The notes: generated by a model not told the origin, from the sequence alone. A DNA stretch of 64,000 bases from Octopus sinensis (GCF_006345805.1 NC_043000.1:121706001-121770000), one strand, 5' to 3'. Shown: positions 1 through 14,722, counted from the stretch's first letter. A program made the numbers and translations.

Positions 1-115
1 AACTGTGCTCTAAATGGAGGTGTAGTCAAATCCTATTTTATAGACTCAATCATGTACTAAAATAAGTCTGAAGCTAAGCTACTATAAATCGGCACGAACT
101 TTCCGGACAACCCAA
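1..115 (-). mobile_element. Mariner-family element end (TIR), same family as 28935-29477, truncated by window start
   Basis: 1-115 is close to the reverse complement of 28935-29049; ends AAATCGGCACGAACTTTCCGGACAACCCAA followed by TA (116-117). Confidence 0.85.
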
Positions 116-815
116 TAGTATAACTGACTGGCTACATTCACTACGATTCCATTTTCGGGATATAGATTGATATGTCATAGATTAAGTTGAAAGTGTTGTA
201 AACAAATACTCTTTGATACTCTCCTTAAAAACTTTTCTCCAACAACCGTACGCCCAACATGTTACTAGGATAGCACCAAGTTGTATTGTCAAACACGTTT
301 GCTTAAAATGGCAGAGATCGAGATTGAAGCCTATGCGTAGTGAATTGGGATCGAACGTCTTGCTCGTTCAACCATGATGCCTTTATAAATAAACTCATTC
401 TCAAAATACATCAATTCATTCAATAAGAATAAACTGTTATATTACAGTACATATAAACTTTAAAAAAAAGCATAGAACTACTAATATCCGTGAAGTAGCT
501 ATAAATGCTTGACTTGATAATCTCCAGGGGAAACATACAAAGTTCAAATATTCAACTGTTTCTCTTCGGACATGTAATACTTAATCTCAGAACTGTTAGA
601 GACCCTTATCAAAGATCAAATTTGGTATAAGTGGGATTACTTACCAGACATTTGGGATTGTACTGGTGCCGATGATACTTCACAGACAAGCATTTGAATT
701 GTCGGCGTTTATAGTAATGATTCTGTTATGCACACACGGATTATGTGTTGTTGACGTTGGATTATTGGCCAGGCATCGGAGATATTATTTTGTTGCTATT
801 AACATTACACTATAA

Positions 816-1045
816 GGAGGCGAGCTGGCAGAATAGTTAGGACGTTGGACGAAATGCTTAGCAGTAATTCGATGCCGCTACACTCTGAGTTCAAATTCCG
901 CCTAGGTCGACTTTGCCGTTCATCCTTTCGGGGTCGATAAATAAAGTACCAGTTTCACACTGGGTTCGAGGTAATCGACTTAATCCCTTTGTATGTTCAT
1001 GTTTGGCCCCTCTGTGCTTAGCCCCTTGTGGGCAATAAAGAAATA
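816..1045 (+). mobile_element. tRNA-derived SINE, family B (working name)
   Basis: GGCGAGCTGGCAGAA head, GAGTTCAAATTCC B-box, 3' tail TAGCCCCTTGTGGGCAATAAAGAAATA; similar copies at 19482, 21155, 51351, 53183. Confidence 0.9.
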
Positions 1046-1081
1046 TATATATATATTTATAATTATATATAGTATATATAT

Positions 1082-1151
<70 letters not shown>

Positions 1152-1383
1152 TATATAAGTATATATATATATATAATTATATATATATGTAAATATATAT
1201 ATATATATATAACTATATACTATATATATATATATATATTATATATGTGTGTAATTATATATATATATATATGTTATATATAATTATACATATATATATA
1301 TATATATATATAATTATACATATATATTATATAATATATATATATATATAATATATATTTATAATTATATATAGTATATATAT

Positions 1384-1423
<40 letters not shown>
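1046..1423. repeat. Degenerate (TA)n microsatellite
   Basis: Direct observation; many similar tracts elsewhere (e.g. 11615-11826, 12100-12340, 39490-39900, 46720-46870). Confidence 0.95.
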
Positions 1424-1425
<2 letters not shown>

Positions 1426-1653
1426 AATAGTTTTACATGAACTAATTTCATATCTGCAGAAGAAATGAATCAATGATGATGATCAAACAGATACCCACAC
1501 ATACTACGGAGTACACTAATTATCCCAAGAATACGGGCCTTAATCTTAAGAGACATGTGATTTGTGGAAACGCGCGTTGCGATGCATTAAATATTTATAA
1601 ATTCCATCCAAGGATTATCGTTATTTTACAATTTTACATATATCTTTACATAT

Positions 1654-1790
1654 GGCTTCTTTCAGTTTCCGTCAGAAAGCTTCTATTACTGCCCGAGGCT
1701 ATGGTAGAAGACACTTGCCCAAGATGCCACTCAGTGGGTCTGAACTCAGGATTACCTAGTTTTGAAACAAGCCTCTTACCACACTGCAAC
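1654..1790 (-). mobile_element. tRNA-derived SINE, family A (working name), 5' fragment
   Basis: Matches GGCTTCTTTCAGTTTCC...GAGGCTATAGTAGAAGACACTTGCCCAAG...AGTGGGACTGAAC segment of copies at 14320-14722 and 25826-26235. Confidence 0.8.
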
Positions 1791-3538
1791 GTCTGAAAAA
1801 ACATTTAAAGTTTTCTGCTACCATCTGCGCATGCGCGATAATATTTTTATTTAATATCTCAAGAAGCAATGTTTTTTTTTCTCAATTTCAACAATATTTT
1901 AATTTCTCTACTTTCTCCCTGTCTGCCTCTATTATTCGACAATTATCTCCTTGGGTTACTATTATTTCATAAAATTTATTCAGTATTCAATTTCTAAACG
2001 TATTAGTTTTCATTAGACTGCTTACATAATTGTTTGTTTTAATTACTGTCCTGAATTAATATTTTCTTTTCATTTAATTGTCGCTAATATCTGAAATTAA
2101 GTATCTATATAAAAATATTTATGTTACTTCTATTTTAAGCGAAATACTCCTAAAGTGATAATTAGAAATAATATATTTTATTCAGCGTTTGGAAATAATA
2201 GAAAAATAAGAAATGAAAGAAAATTGAAAAGAATCTTATTCAATTTATATATTCAAGATTCTAAACGGCATTTGAGTAGTGGGAGTACTTTCAAAGTATG
2301 GCTTTTGTCACTAAATATGCCACTCGAACCTTACGCATTCTTTTCATGTAAATACTACTTGATATCATTATCATGTACGTTAACAACAATAATTGATTAA
2401 CAAATGTTTAATTATATTACAGTCTGATATTAGAACCTATGTCACCAATTAATTGATAGGAAGAATGAAGATGTAAGAGACTAATCACGGACTCCTTTAG
2501 GAAAATTAGGAGAGAGTGGCGGCAGAATGCATGATTACTGTTGTTGCAATATCCATCCTTCCATATTGAGATCACCTAAGATGAAGCAGAAATTTTATTG
2601 GAAGTGATTCCAATCAGAACATCTTTTTTATTAATCCCTCATGTAAGAAAGTTTGCACCGAATCAGTTGGTGCATTCGTTTTTAAAGACGATTGATTGTG
2701 GTTTTAAAGAATTTGGCTGTTCTCTCTTGGTCCAGCAGGCACGAAGCGGTTTCTCTATTTGTCTAATTTTTAAATACAGAATTAGAGAATTTCATATTTT
2801 AAAATGTTTATTAGATTGCAGGGATGTTACATGAAACGTTGGAAAACATATTTTTGCTTAGGCTTTAAAATATGAAAGAGTGGATATATAAATCGTGTCT
2901 GGAACGAGTGACAAACTTTTATTTAAAATTTCATGATCATCCTCGCGGCACAGTGAAAGAAGTATATATACAGACAGCAACAGCGCGTCACAGAGCTGGC
3001 TCTTAACTTATATGGAGAGTGAAACTTTGAAAGTTATTGAAGGACTGTCTTACGTATATATATTTTTAGATAGTTTTGCATAAAGCATAAAACTTCAGTT
3101 TTCTCTTACCATTTCCTTCTATTAATAATTGCGATAGATTTTAATTAAATCTCGTAAGCGTTAAATATTTTATTGTATAATTTAATAAGCCGTACGCCTT
3201 ATAATATACAACATATATAATACCGAAAGAAACAAATAACAAATTTTGCTATCTTGTCATAGACAAAAAACCTTATGGCCAATGAAAAACATTGACATTG
3301 AAACATGGGTATTTCTAGGTGATGACCATTAATTGGTCTTTTTTACATGGGCACAAGACCAGCAGTTTTGGACGACAGAGGGTGAGTCGTTACCGTCTAA
3401 AGAACTGCTTCACAAGTAAAATATTTTATCGATTCCGAAAGAATGTAAAACAAGTCCACCTTGGTTGATTTTTAATCTGAAAAATAAAGAGACGGAATAT
3501 GTAGAACAAACACTCATACCGTCTGTAAGGGGACAGAT

Positions 3539-3823
3539 TCACCGCGTGCAGGTTAATGGCTGATTGCCTCGGCTTCTCTGAAGTAAGACGCAAAGCCAAA
3601 CAGAACAGCTGGATCCAGTGTCAACCAGAAACAATTCGTGAGGCACGCGATCCTTAACAAAGAATGCACATTGAGATGAAATATTGCGGGAAGAAATTGA
3701 GGTGCCCAAATTTTCCCCAACTAGTTTTCCGACAGCTTGAAAGAACAAGGGCTGGATGCATCGACGGACTTTGTCCTTAAATCTGGCATGGTACCAGCAG
3801 AGATTGGAAACCGTGGCTTTCAA
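3539..3823 (-). mobile_element. Ty3/Gypsy LTR retrotransposon gag-protease remnant
   Basis: ORF contains CWYHARF (Gypsy gag Cys/His motif) followed by FFVKDR...FLVDTGS (retropepsin D-T-G active site). Confidence 0.8.
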
Positions 3824-6759
3824 GCCATGGTCTGGTGAGAAATGATAAATATAATTGTTGTTTACACAGCTACTCTAAGTGTTCAGATAGATATATCGTA
3901 ATAACGTTATACTATTGACTATCGTACATTGAGTTGAACGAATTATCAATCCCATATTCACAGCCATTTCAATCCAATGGGTTGGGTAATAAATGGAAAT
4001 TACTTGGTTTACACAGCTTGTGATATCGAGGAATATTGAAAGACGTTAGAATACTGAACTCTACGTGTAAGATGCTTTATCTTGTCGAAAAATGTTGGAT
4101 TCCGCATTGCTCTATCAGAAACCGTAAAGAAATTTATCTCACTTTCCTCACTAAATATTTTATGATAGTAATATATTGATATATATGAAATGATATTATA
4201 TAGAGATATCTATATGTGTATATGCGTATGCACACACACACGCACATATATGAATGCATACACATATTCATATATATATATATATATTTCCTGAACTCCA
4301 ATAACAGTATACTTGTTCCACGTCCTCGCGTTGTGTTTTCTATTTGTTTTCATGTTTCGATGAACTATATATATGCACATATGCATATATATATATATGC
4401 GTACACACACACACACACACACACATATTTATATATATATATGGTTATGAATATTGAAGAAAGTTTCTTCTAATATACATCAATAAATTCGTGAGTTATT
4501 GTTAAAGAACAAAACTATTACAATTCTTTCCTTGAGGAGAGTTCTCTCGTTTACTAATTTGCTAACTCTATCCGTTGATATTCTCTTTCCTATTATTCCT
4601 AATGCATAATGCCATTGGCTAATAACGACATAGCAAACAGTCTACAAAATAATATAAACTTTTAACTACTTTACTATATATCAAAACAACTACAGAAATG
4701 AAAATACCGAAAATTGTAGGAAAAGAAAATTAATAGTAACAATCTATAAATGAAACCCAGTAATAATGAAAGAAATTTCAGCCCACAAGAATGGAATTCT
4801 GTTAAATTCATCTCTGTTTAATTTTTTTTTTCGGCTAATATATTAGACGTTCTCTATGTTAAAGAAATAGTAAAATTAAAAGATTTGCTTCCGGAAGTTT
4901 AAAATGTAAAATTGAAAATGAAATAATTCCATGTTTTTCTAGTGAATCTTATCTCGCGGCATTTGAAATAAATGTATTAAGAATATCATCAATTAAAATT
5001 TAAAAGAAATATTTATTTAAGAAGGTTAATGAAGAAAACTACGTTTGCTTAAATATGCGCATGCATGATTAGTAGCGTTACAGGAAAAAAAAACAATATG
5101 CAAATTATTTACGAAGTAAATGACATCAGAAAATGAAAAAGAGAAAAATAAAACGCAAATAAACAAGGGAAGTTGATTTAATGGTTTCCGATATTATCAC
5201 AAATTACAGGAATGCAATAGTTAAATATATGCAAAGTAATACAACAAATGAAGGTGTACCGAATTTAATACATTATTAATTCATAAATTCAATGTGTATC
5301 GATAAAATTATTGATTTCCAATCTCCGTTTTGCAAATTTATCAAAGAGGTCAAAAACTTTGAAGTACATAACATTTCATCCTACGTAAGTGAATGGGCTT
5401 TAAGGGAGAAGTGGAACAGGATCAATGATTCGGTGTGTTGCGAATTTACTTATACACTACGTGGTATATTCTAAATTATTCTTCCATAAGTAATGACGTA
5501 ATTTGTACTTCTAAATCTAGAGTGAAAGACACTTAAAACAAATAACAGATTGAGAATCTTTGACACCTGTTTTAGATATGTTACAATATAAGGAAACACG
5601 CTGTAAATTATCTGACAACATATTTACAGTAAAAATATGTCACTGGACAAATGAGATTACTATTTATATGTTGTTTTTGTTTCAGGAAAATAATATAAAA
5701 TACATAAGAACCGACATTTAAGATTTCTCTGCTTATTAAAGTAACTGAAATATTATCTCTTTTTTGGAATTTTTGAATACAGACAATTATGAATTTTCGA
5801 TAACTGTTTAAAAAACTTATATCATTTTTAAAACAAATATATATCCCCGATTAAGTTTTAAAAGACATAACTACTTTTATGATGGAAAATGAATAAAATC
5901 ACGATTGTCAAATGCACCGTATGATTATTAGTGATACTTGAACAAATGCAAGTGATTTATAAATTTTAATTATATTGTTCTGTAGAAGGAAACAAAAAAA
6001 ACATTGAAATATCAATCCTGCTATATCCAGACGTTACCGACATGTATAGATGTTCATTTGCTAAAAATATTTGTTGCCATTAATTTACATAAAATGATTG
6101 TTAACAACTGAACGACCTAAAAGAATTCTTGGCATATCTACAAGGGAAACAAACAATCTGAATGTAAGAAGGTGATTTTTATTATCGGAGTTCATGTGTA
6201 TCTTTGAACATTGTGTGATTTGAACACAAAACACAGAACGTATATATGAAGCATGTAGCTCGCTACTTTACTACTTCTAGTGATGCTCTCCTTTTACCCT
6301 ATGTCACAATGATTTCCCAAAATAACACAAGACAACAAATTACTAAGATGCTATAGAAAGGTTTCATTAACACCTGTATCAGAAGAGCGTAAAATCTAGT
6401 GTATTTAATAAAAATGAATGCAAAGAAAAAAGAAACCGTTTTCCCTCCAAAAACTCTTTAAAAAGCGGCTGTGAATAATATCCCGGTGATAATTATTATA
6501 AACTGGAATGATTAACGACTAATAACTACGCTTAACCACCAACATCAACCACAAAAACTAGTCGCTAAAATGACATGTGATAAATTCCCGTTCTCTCTGT
6601 TACTAAAACTTATTTATACTCAGGCAATTCACTGGAAATATACGTTACCATATATTCATCTAGAATAACATTAAAAGATGAGGGATATGAAAGATAGAGA
6701 ATTTATATACATCGTATGAGCGCTATTTATGAATGTCACTTTACTTCCAACAGATGAGG

Positions 6760-7050
6760 AGATACTGAATGAACGTTACCCGAAAATATGGACTTGGGAA
6801 GCCAAACGAGATAGTGAAGCCATACAATAAAAATTTGGGGGAACAAATGTCCAACACCGCGAATATATCAAACTACAGGCAACAGCAGAATCTCTCAGAT
6901 ATTCAATAAAGCACTCAATATTATTATCTGGTATATTTGGACCCCCCTTCATGTCAGCAGAACCACTAAAAAAAGGAAAGATTACAATCGGTAAATTCTG
7001 CTCTTCGCTGATTAAAAAATAAGATAATAAAAATGAAATCAATTTGATAG
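6760..7050 (+). mobile_element. Decayed RTE-type LINE AP-endonuclease fragment
   Basis: Broken frames give KYGLGKPNE, YIWTP and NEINLI, resembling the GKYGLGxRNE / YTWxSP / NEIDYI motifs of RTE endonucleases. Confidence 0.45.
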
Positions 7051-8468
7051 GATGTGAATAGAATTACCCATGAATATTTGGATTGAAAGCTAGAAAAATA
7101 TATAAAAGAAACTTTCGTACTCTTGCTCCAGATGGGCAACATCTTTGAAGTTTAATTGTATTTCAAAAAATAAGGAGAAAAAAGCATTGACTTGAAAGAC
7201 AGACATCATGTGATGATGAGCTTATCGTAAGAAATAGTAACACGTTGTGAACAATGATAAAAAGTGAAATGTCTAAAAGACCAGACGATATAATCAAATG
7301 CCAACAATAGTAGGAACTGTGAAAAGGTAGTCAAAACAAATTTGAAATATAATGGGAAATGTGTTCAGTAGAATCGTTATGAAGACAATGAAAATATAAC
7401 GAAAGAGACTGGATAATATAATTGTTTACTTGGAACATTAAAATTGCTGCATTTTTTCAGTTAGATAATTGTAAATAAAACATTATCAAGTGCTCTTATC
7501 TATTTATAGGTGGAAGGCCCCAGGAAAAATAAATGATGACAATACGCGACGACCCCAGTATTAGGAATGCTACATAATAAGAGTGAGTACGTTATAGACA
7601 AATGATCACTGAGTTAATGGCGTAGTTTGAAGTGCGTGATGTATCTGAGTAAATATTTTCAAAAATATTTTCATAAATATTTTCATACTTTTACAACCAT
7701 CCTTAAATGTTGCAGAAATTAGTGACAAGAGTATTTTGATAAATGCCTGACACCCATTGTTATAGCTCTCGATATAGATTACATACGCTACCGGGGCAAT
7801 AGATAATTTTTTTATCTAGTTTCAGCTCACGAGCTGTGGTCATGCTAGGGCACCGCCATTAGTATGTTTGACAAATTAAAAAAAAACTATTCATTAAAGA
7901 GTTACATGGAGCCTTTTAGAAGATGGCACCGTATGAAATATTTTCTCATTTAGAATGGAAATAACAAGAGCGCAGAGCTCTGAAAAGTAACAATTCACAG
8001 AATTTGTAGTTATTCTTAGTGTAATAACAAATGTAACGTATGATATAAAGATGAAATTCACTATCTACTGAGGCTGTATAAATTCGTTATTTTCATAGAC
8101 AAACTATACGCATGCAAATTGTAAGTGTTTTAGCCCTATATTAATGAGACTATATGATGACCACGAAGTACACAATAACCACGGAGTGTGGGATTTTGTG
8201 ATTGTATATGTGTGTGCGTATTTTCTATTTGTATTCGTGTGTTTGTGTGTGTATTTTACGCTCAAATCAAGCGGATATTAGTTTGTATGTTTTAGATGAA
8301 TCTTTGAGATTATAGTGCACTCGGTCCATATATACAAGACAGACACATATACACACACGATACTCATAGTCACATTCCGAGACATACATATATACATGCA
8401 TATATGGATATACATATATGCATTTATAAACACATACACTTACATGTACTGTACATGTATATATATAT

Positions 8469-8512
<44 letters not shown>

Positions 8513-10044
8513 GTGAGAGAGGGAGAGAGAGATATACGCGTGTATATGTACTGTACGTATCAATATATGTATGTTTATATATATGTAAGTCTGTATGTAT
8601 ATACACCAACATATTTATAAACTCACGGTGACATTATGTTTGTAATATTTCGCAAGCTGAAATTGCGGAATAAACGCAAAAGTAATAAAAATAATTTTCT
8701 GATGTTCGACGTACAAAAATAATCTACCTTTAACATCGCTTTTAATTTCGACGAACATCTCAGGAGTCACATGAATCTCAACAAAATATATCCTTCATAA
8801 AACAGTCGAAAGTCATATTCGTAGCAGTATGTTTTTTAAATAACTTAGAAATAATAAGAGACACAGATTATTCCCGTTATATTGATGAAGAGACACACAT
8901 TATTGCCATCATATCAATGAGAATATGTGGTAAACGATGAGAAGAGTAGAAATTTCCGAACTACGTATCTCTTGATTATAAATGAAACAAACGAAAGCCA
9001 AGCAAGCGTTGCTAATATTTAAAAAAAGCCGTTCACATATTTTTTGATTATCGAATTTTTGAGTTTCGAATAAAATTTAAAATTCAGATTCACAAATAAT
9101 TTCAACGGATTAATTGCCTTCGAGAAAACCTGAGAATAATGTGTTCTGAAGAAGTATTACAAAAAAATAAGTCACATATACGTACTCTTTATCGCATCTT
9201 GAAGTTTCTAAATCGTTATGCGAATTTTCTCGTTGCCATAATCCATGTAATTATAAAAAAGGGATATAAGCTGTTTGCATTTACAATCTATTCTTTCGAA
9301 TTTTATATATAAGTAGTTTAAGGTGACCCGCTCTACGCGCAGGTGAGGATGTGGTTGTTACTTTCTGTTGCTTCCTTTCTGATTCTTATCGCCACATTCT
9401 CCCTCTTTGTTACTCTCTCCTTTTTCTCTAACTTTCCCAATCTCTTAATCTTTCTTTCTCTCGGACTCTCCCTCGCTTTCTCCTATTCTGTCTTTCTCTA
9501 TCTATCTGTCTCCCATTTATAAAAAAACAAGAGATCTTGAGTAAGTTGAGAAAGAAAATAAAATCCCCGTTTTCACACCAAAGCAACCACTGTAGCGCCC
9601 CAAAACGTATCCCAATCAATTTCTCACCTCAATGTACCCGCCCCCCTGTAAATTTTAATCCCCTTCCAGCCCAATTTAGATTTCTTTTTACATAAAAATC
9701 AACCTTTGCCTTCTTTTTTTTATAGATTAGATAACAACTGTGACACTGGTAGAATATAACGGAGACATGAAACACTTGAAGAAAACCGGAAACATATTTT
9801 TCCATTGGTATATATTATATGTATATATACACATACACACATATTTTAAAATATTACATGCAAATAAAGAAAATTTGGACCTCATATCTGTATTCAAAAA
9901 AAAAAGTGGCTCAGAAAGTGTTTGCAGTGTAAGTAATCATACGAACATTTGGGCTGCTTGATTGGACTCTTGATGGGATCCGAACCATTGATGTGAAAAC
10001 CTGTAAAATACTAAAAAGCAAACAAAATTTCATTTCCTCATAAA

Positions 10045-11240
10045 CAGTGATATAGATCGCATCTACCTAAAACGAAAACAAGGCGGTATAGGCTTAACAT
10101 CGATCCAAAATACCTTTGAATGTCGTATCATATCCATTCGGCAACGTATTTTAACCACCAATTGTCGAAGTACAACCATTGAAAAGTTCGCATGCGTGAG
10201 GCTGATAACATCCTAAGAAGTGGAAGGCAGTTCCTTGAGCAGTATTCCTTCTCTGATAATCTTATATACATGTCTAAAGAAGTCGCACGTCTCTACCGAA
10301 ATGTGACATCAGATGTAACGATGAGCATATATGAGTAGAAAACTATGCATTGATATTTTAGTAGAATGCCCCGAGATGATAGTAACGTTGATCATCAAAG
10401 CAGTCTATGATGGAACAATAGCCGGATTACTGCGTTTGCAATCCAGGAAGAGGAAATATCAACCAAGTACCTGAGCTACAAAATGGATAGAGATGCAAGA
10501 AAAGCATTTAAAGGTGACAAACGAAGCAAACTTTGTGGAATTAACACCTAAGATATTATCTACATGATAAGCAGTTGTCCGAAAATATCATCACAGTATA
10601 ATCTATAGGATAGTCATGATGTTAAAACTAGGGCATTCTATAATTTTTTCTATCGGCATGGATTATATTTATATGTACGCATACATGCATACATACATAT
10701 TCAAGAATATTACAGCAAAATAAAATTGGCCTAGTATCTCTCTGCATTCAATAAAACAGTGGCCCAGAATGTGTTTGTAGCGTCAGTATTCATACGCCGG
10801 AAGGAAAACCCGCGGACAAAGAAATAAAAACCCACAATATGGTAGAAGCCATATCCACTTGTATTAGAAAAGAATACTGGTAGAACATCCCAGTGAAAGC
10901 CTCAATAAAATGTAAGCACAACAGACCTGTAATAATGATTTGTGATAGGGAAGTGAAACTGTGTACAGTTGTGGAATTTGGCTGCCCAGCGGATGTTAAC
11001 ATAAAGCTGAAGATCAGTGAAAAAGAGAACACCTACACTGAACTGCGAAATCTGCAGTTACTCTATTTAGATTATAATTTCAGGTTTACACCACTAATTA
11101 TTGGGGCTCTGACATATGTAAAGCACTGCCTAAATACGAATCTTGAGAAATTAGGCTTCTCAAAACCAGAAAAAGAAAGTTCATCTGAGGACTCCAGATC
11201 TAATCCATCAGTGGAACTGCAAAATCCGTAAAACTTTATA
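10045..11240 (+). mobile_element. 3' part of non-LTR retrotransposon with restriction-enzyme-like (REL) endonuclease (R4/Dong-like)
   Basis: SDIDRIYLKRKQGGIGL (post-RT motif), ISSCP..SHD (CCHC/RHD-like remnant), and ORF 10893-11231 HNRPV..CDRE..CTVVEFGCPADVN..KISEKENTY..IIGAL (PD-D/E-xK type); interrupted by a (CATA)n stretch near 10670. Confidence 0.8.
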
Positions 11241-11613
11241 CGGGGAGTAAAATTTATAGTTCCAGGGTGGATTTGATCGACAGAAAGAATTGAGAGAGAA
11301 AGGTGTGAGGAGATATAGAGAAAAGCAGGTTTTGAACAGAAGTGACAGATACCTCCTTCATATCAAACACATACTTCATATCATATACTTATTTAAACAC
11401 ACACACACAGACACACACACACGCACACATATATATATATATAAATATATATATGCACAAGTGTATAAATACACGCTGGCATATATTTACATATATTTAT
11501 ATACGCTGCTAAGATATATTACCTATAACATGCAGTGGTTATAGTTCATTTATCCAGTGTTAATTAATTAATTGACATATTGCTAATGAATAAGAACCAT
11601 ACGGAATTGGTTC

Positions 11614-11651
<38 letters not shown>

Positions 11652-11740
11652 AGAGAGAGAGATAGATGTAGATATGTATATATGCATATATATGTGTATA
11701 TATATATATGTATATATATATATATGTATATATATATATG

Positions 11741-11827
<87 letters not shown>

Positions 11828-12138
11828 GAGTCTCTTAATGACCATGTATATAATGAGAATAACAGCAACGCAACCAAAATAGCAAACGTAAACCAGGTAA
11901 CAATATTGCCAGTTGAATAATTGCATGGGGCAGTTTATAGCGAAATGTTTTGACAAACTATTTAATCAATTACTTAGTTAATTAATTATTTAATTAACAA
12001 TATTGAAGTGCAACAGGTACATATGTGTTCATCGGCGTAACGACACTCACAAAACACACACTTCATATGTACATGTGTTCACATATGAGTATATGTAAGT
12101 ATATATATATATATATATACATATACATATGTATGTAT

Positions 12139-12192
<54 letters not shown>

Positions 12193-12283
12193 CATATGTA
12201 TGTATATATATATATATATGTATATATATGTATATAGAGATATGCATATATATGTGTATATATATATATATATGTATATATAA

Positions 12284-12343
<60 letters not shown>

Positions 12344-13280
12344 GGAGAGAGAGAGATAGAGAGATAGATAAATAGACAGATAGATAGATATATACACATA
12401 TACATTTATATATTGTTACATATACATCCATACGTCCGTACATACACCCATACATCCATATTTGAAATCATATGAAACAACTCGCAACTGCACGCAGATA
12501 TGAAAATTTCATTGTAATAAGTGCGATGCGAAATACATTCTTATAAATCAGCTACACCGATGTGCAATACTATATTAATAATTACATATATTAATAGCTC
12601 TAAGAAGCGTGTACAAATCAATGAACTACAAGTCGCTGTGGCAACTTACACCATTATACCGTTCCAATGACTTCAAACTCCAAGCATACATTACACAGCT
12701 CTTTGTTATTTCTGAAAAATTATGCAGTTTTTCATTATCTTAAGTTTTGCATAATTATATCAAATGGCAATAGAACGGATGTACTATGCTAATCCGTTGA
12801 ACTACTGATCAACCAGTATTATTCATAATTTCTCGGATTTATTCAAGTAAGTAGAAGCAGTCATAACAATTTAAGCCCGTTTGCCTCATTAGTTGCCACA
12901 AGTGCAAATTATGTATGAACGGGTAAAATGAATGCGGCAATTTAATTTGCATTCACGTGAAGTAATATACACAGAAATGTCATCTACTATACACAGAAAT
13001 TCCGGAGGGAGAGCGCTAAGTTGTGATGTGTATAAATGCAATGCTATTACCAGATTAAATATGCTTGTGGCACTTTCGAACCCACGCAAGCCATTCGCTG
13101 TGTTTTGTCTTTAAAAAAATTTCTCGCTGTAGAAGGAAGGGTTAAACATGTATAAATCAGATAGTTGCGCCATTTACGCAGACTGTGAGATTCTAGTATT
13201 TGGGAAGTGATTTAAGTGTATTTTCTCCTCCATGATAAAAGATCTTGTGTGTATACATATATACATATATATATATATAT

Positions 13281-13392
13281 CACCGTGACCGACCAGGCTA
13301 TCAGATGTTGCTACACATCGCTGGTCACAATGCGCGTGGCATTGTTTTAGCCTTCAAATGACGCCACCCCGATGGTTAAGCGAGCAGGCCAA
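13281..13392. mobile_element. Short (~112 bp) GC-richer interspersed element embedded in (TA)n
   Basis: CACCGTGACCGACCAGGC...GCGAGCAGGCCAA sharply flanked by (TA)n on both sides; family identity from recognition only. Confidence 0.55.
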
Positions 13393-13398
13393 TATATT

Positions 13399-13431
<33 letters not shown>

Positions 13432-13492
13432 GTTTTTTCGTAATGAGATAAAAAGAACCAAGGCTGTGTAGATTTTAGAACATTAATAGATA

Positions 13493-13543
13493 GGTTTTAC
13501 AGCTGTTTCCAGGATATCTATTATATTCCTTCATCGGAGACGG
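13493..13543 (-). ncRNA. Degenerate minimal type I hammerhead motif (Penelope-type)
   Basis: Minus strand: GTCT CCGATGA AGGA..TCCT G GAA ACAGCTGT A AAAC; palindromic helix III, U4>C core change. Confidence 0.45.
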
Positions 13544-14319
13544 TGTGAAATGATGCTTAGGTAATAGTTAATTTAGATAAGATACAAAATTGAGAGTGAG
13601 GTGGAGGAAAGGAAGTAGATGTGAGATATGTCGCGATATTGTAAAATATATAAAATATGAGTGTTTCTTGTACATATATGTATATTTTACCAATTAAAAG
13701 CTTCTATAGTAATGTAAGCATAATCGGTCGCACATACAGTGTGTGTGATTTATTTATAAACCAAATTTTCTGAGAAAGCGTTTGGGTAAAGCTTCCGAGA
13801 TGACATTGGATCTTAAAGAAAACCTGAATGCCACAAACATGACGAGACAACTCACTTCCGAATCGCCGAGACTAGTAGATTTGCCACAATTGTGGTTTAT
13901 CTATACTATGTATTCAGATCATCTCATAATGAAGTGAACCGCTGGCCTATGACATATGCAAATAGTGTGAAGATGATTTGCTGATGTGCTGTGGCGTAGC
14001 ACATGTGTAGGACAAGGAATTACTAACAGCAAGTAGACCTACAAAGGTAAACGTAATCGGTCGCAAGTACATTGTGTATATGCTTTGTTTATACGCAAAA
14101 TTTGCTGCGGAATAACGTCTGGTGCATGCTCCGTCGATATTTAGCACTTTGTTTTAGGGAGACTGATGACGGAACAAATAATCAACATCGATTCGGCTAT
14201 AAACAATTACATTTGAATCCACAAACGACAAGGATTCTTGAAGTAATAGTGTCTTGGGATGTGTTTATCAGAAAATGGCAAGCCGGCACTAACAGGTCAA
14301 AAATGAGCTTATACTCTTT

Positions 14320-14520
14320 TATTCTCTTTTACTCTTTAACTTGCTTCATTCAGTTGACTGTAGCCATGCTGGAGCACTAACTTTGGTCAAGCAAATCGAC
14401 TCCAGGTCTCATTATAAGCATAGTACTTATTATATTCGGCCTCTTTTGCCGAACCGCTAAGTTACGGGGACGTAAACACACCAGCATCGGTTGTCAAGCA
14501 ATATTGGGGGCCAAGCACAG

Positions 14521-14559
<39 letters not shown>

Positions 14560-14722
14560 CATATATACGACGGGCTTCTTTCAGTTTCTGTCTACTAAAT
14601 CCACTCACAAGGCTTTGGTCGGCCCGAGGCTATAGTAGAAAACATTTGCCCAAGTTGCCACGCAGTGGGACTGAACCCGGAACCATGTGGTTCGTAAGCA
14701 AGCTACTTACCTCAGAGCCACT
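14320..14722 (-). mobile_element. SINE family A, near full length, with internal (CA)n(TA)n microsatellite
   Basis: tRNA-like head (GGTTCAGTCCCAC), central microsatellite, 3' part ...CCAGCATGGCTACAGTC; homologous to 25826-26235. Confidence 0.9.

Noticed and set aside
2500-2870. Coding-like minus-strand stretch
   Set aside because: Multiple stops and no family motif I can name.
8267-12455. Many 60-130 aa Y/I/C/V-rich ORFs (also at 34-35, 39-40, 42-43, 46, 57, 60 and 63 kb)
   Set aside because: Translations of (TA)n, (CA)n and (GATA)n microsatellites.
12889-13089. LRR-like peptide LHLYTSQLSALPPEF
   Set aside because: Single repeat, lacks the conserved Asn, no convincing splice sites.
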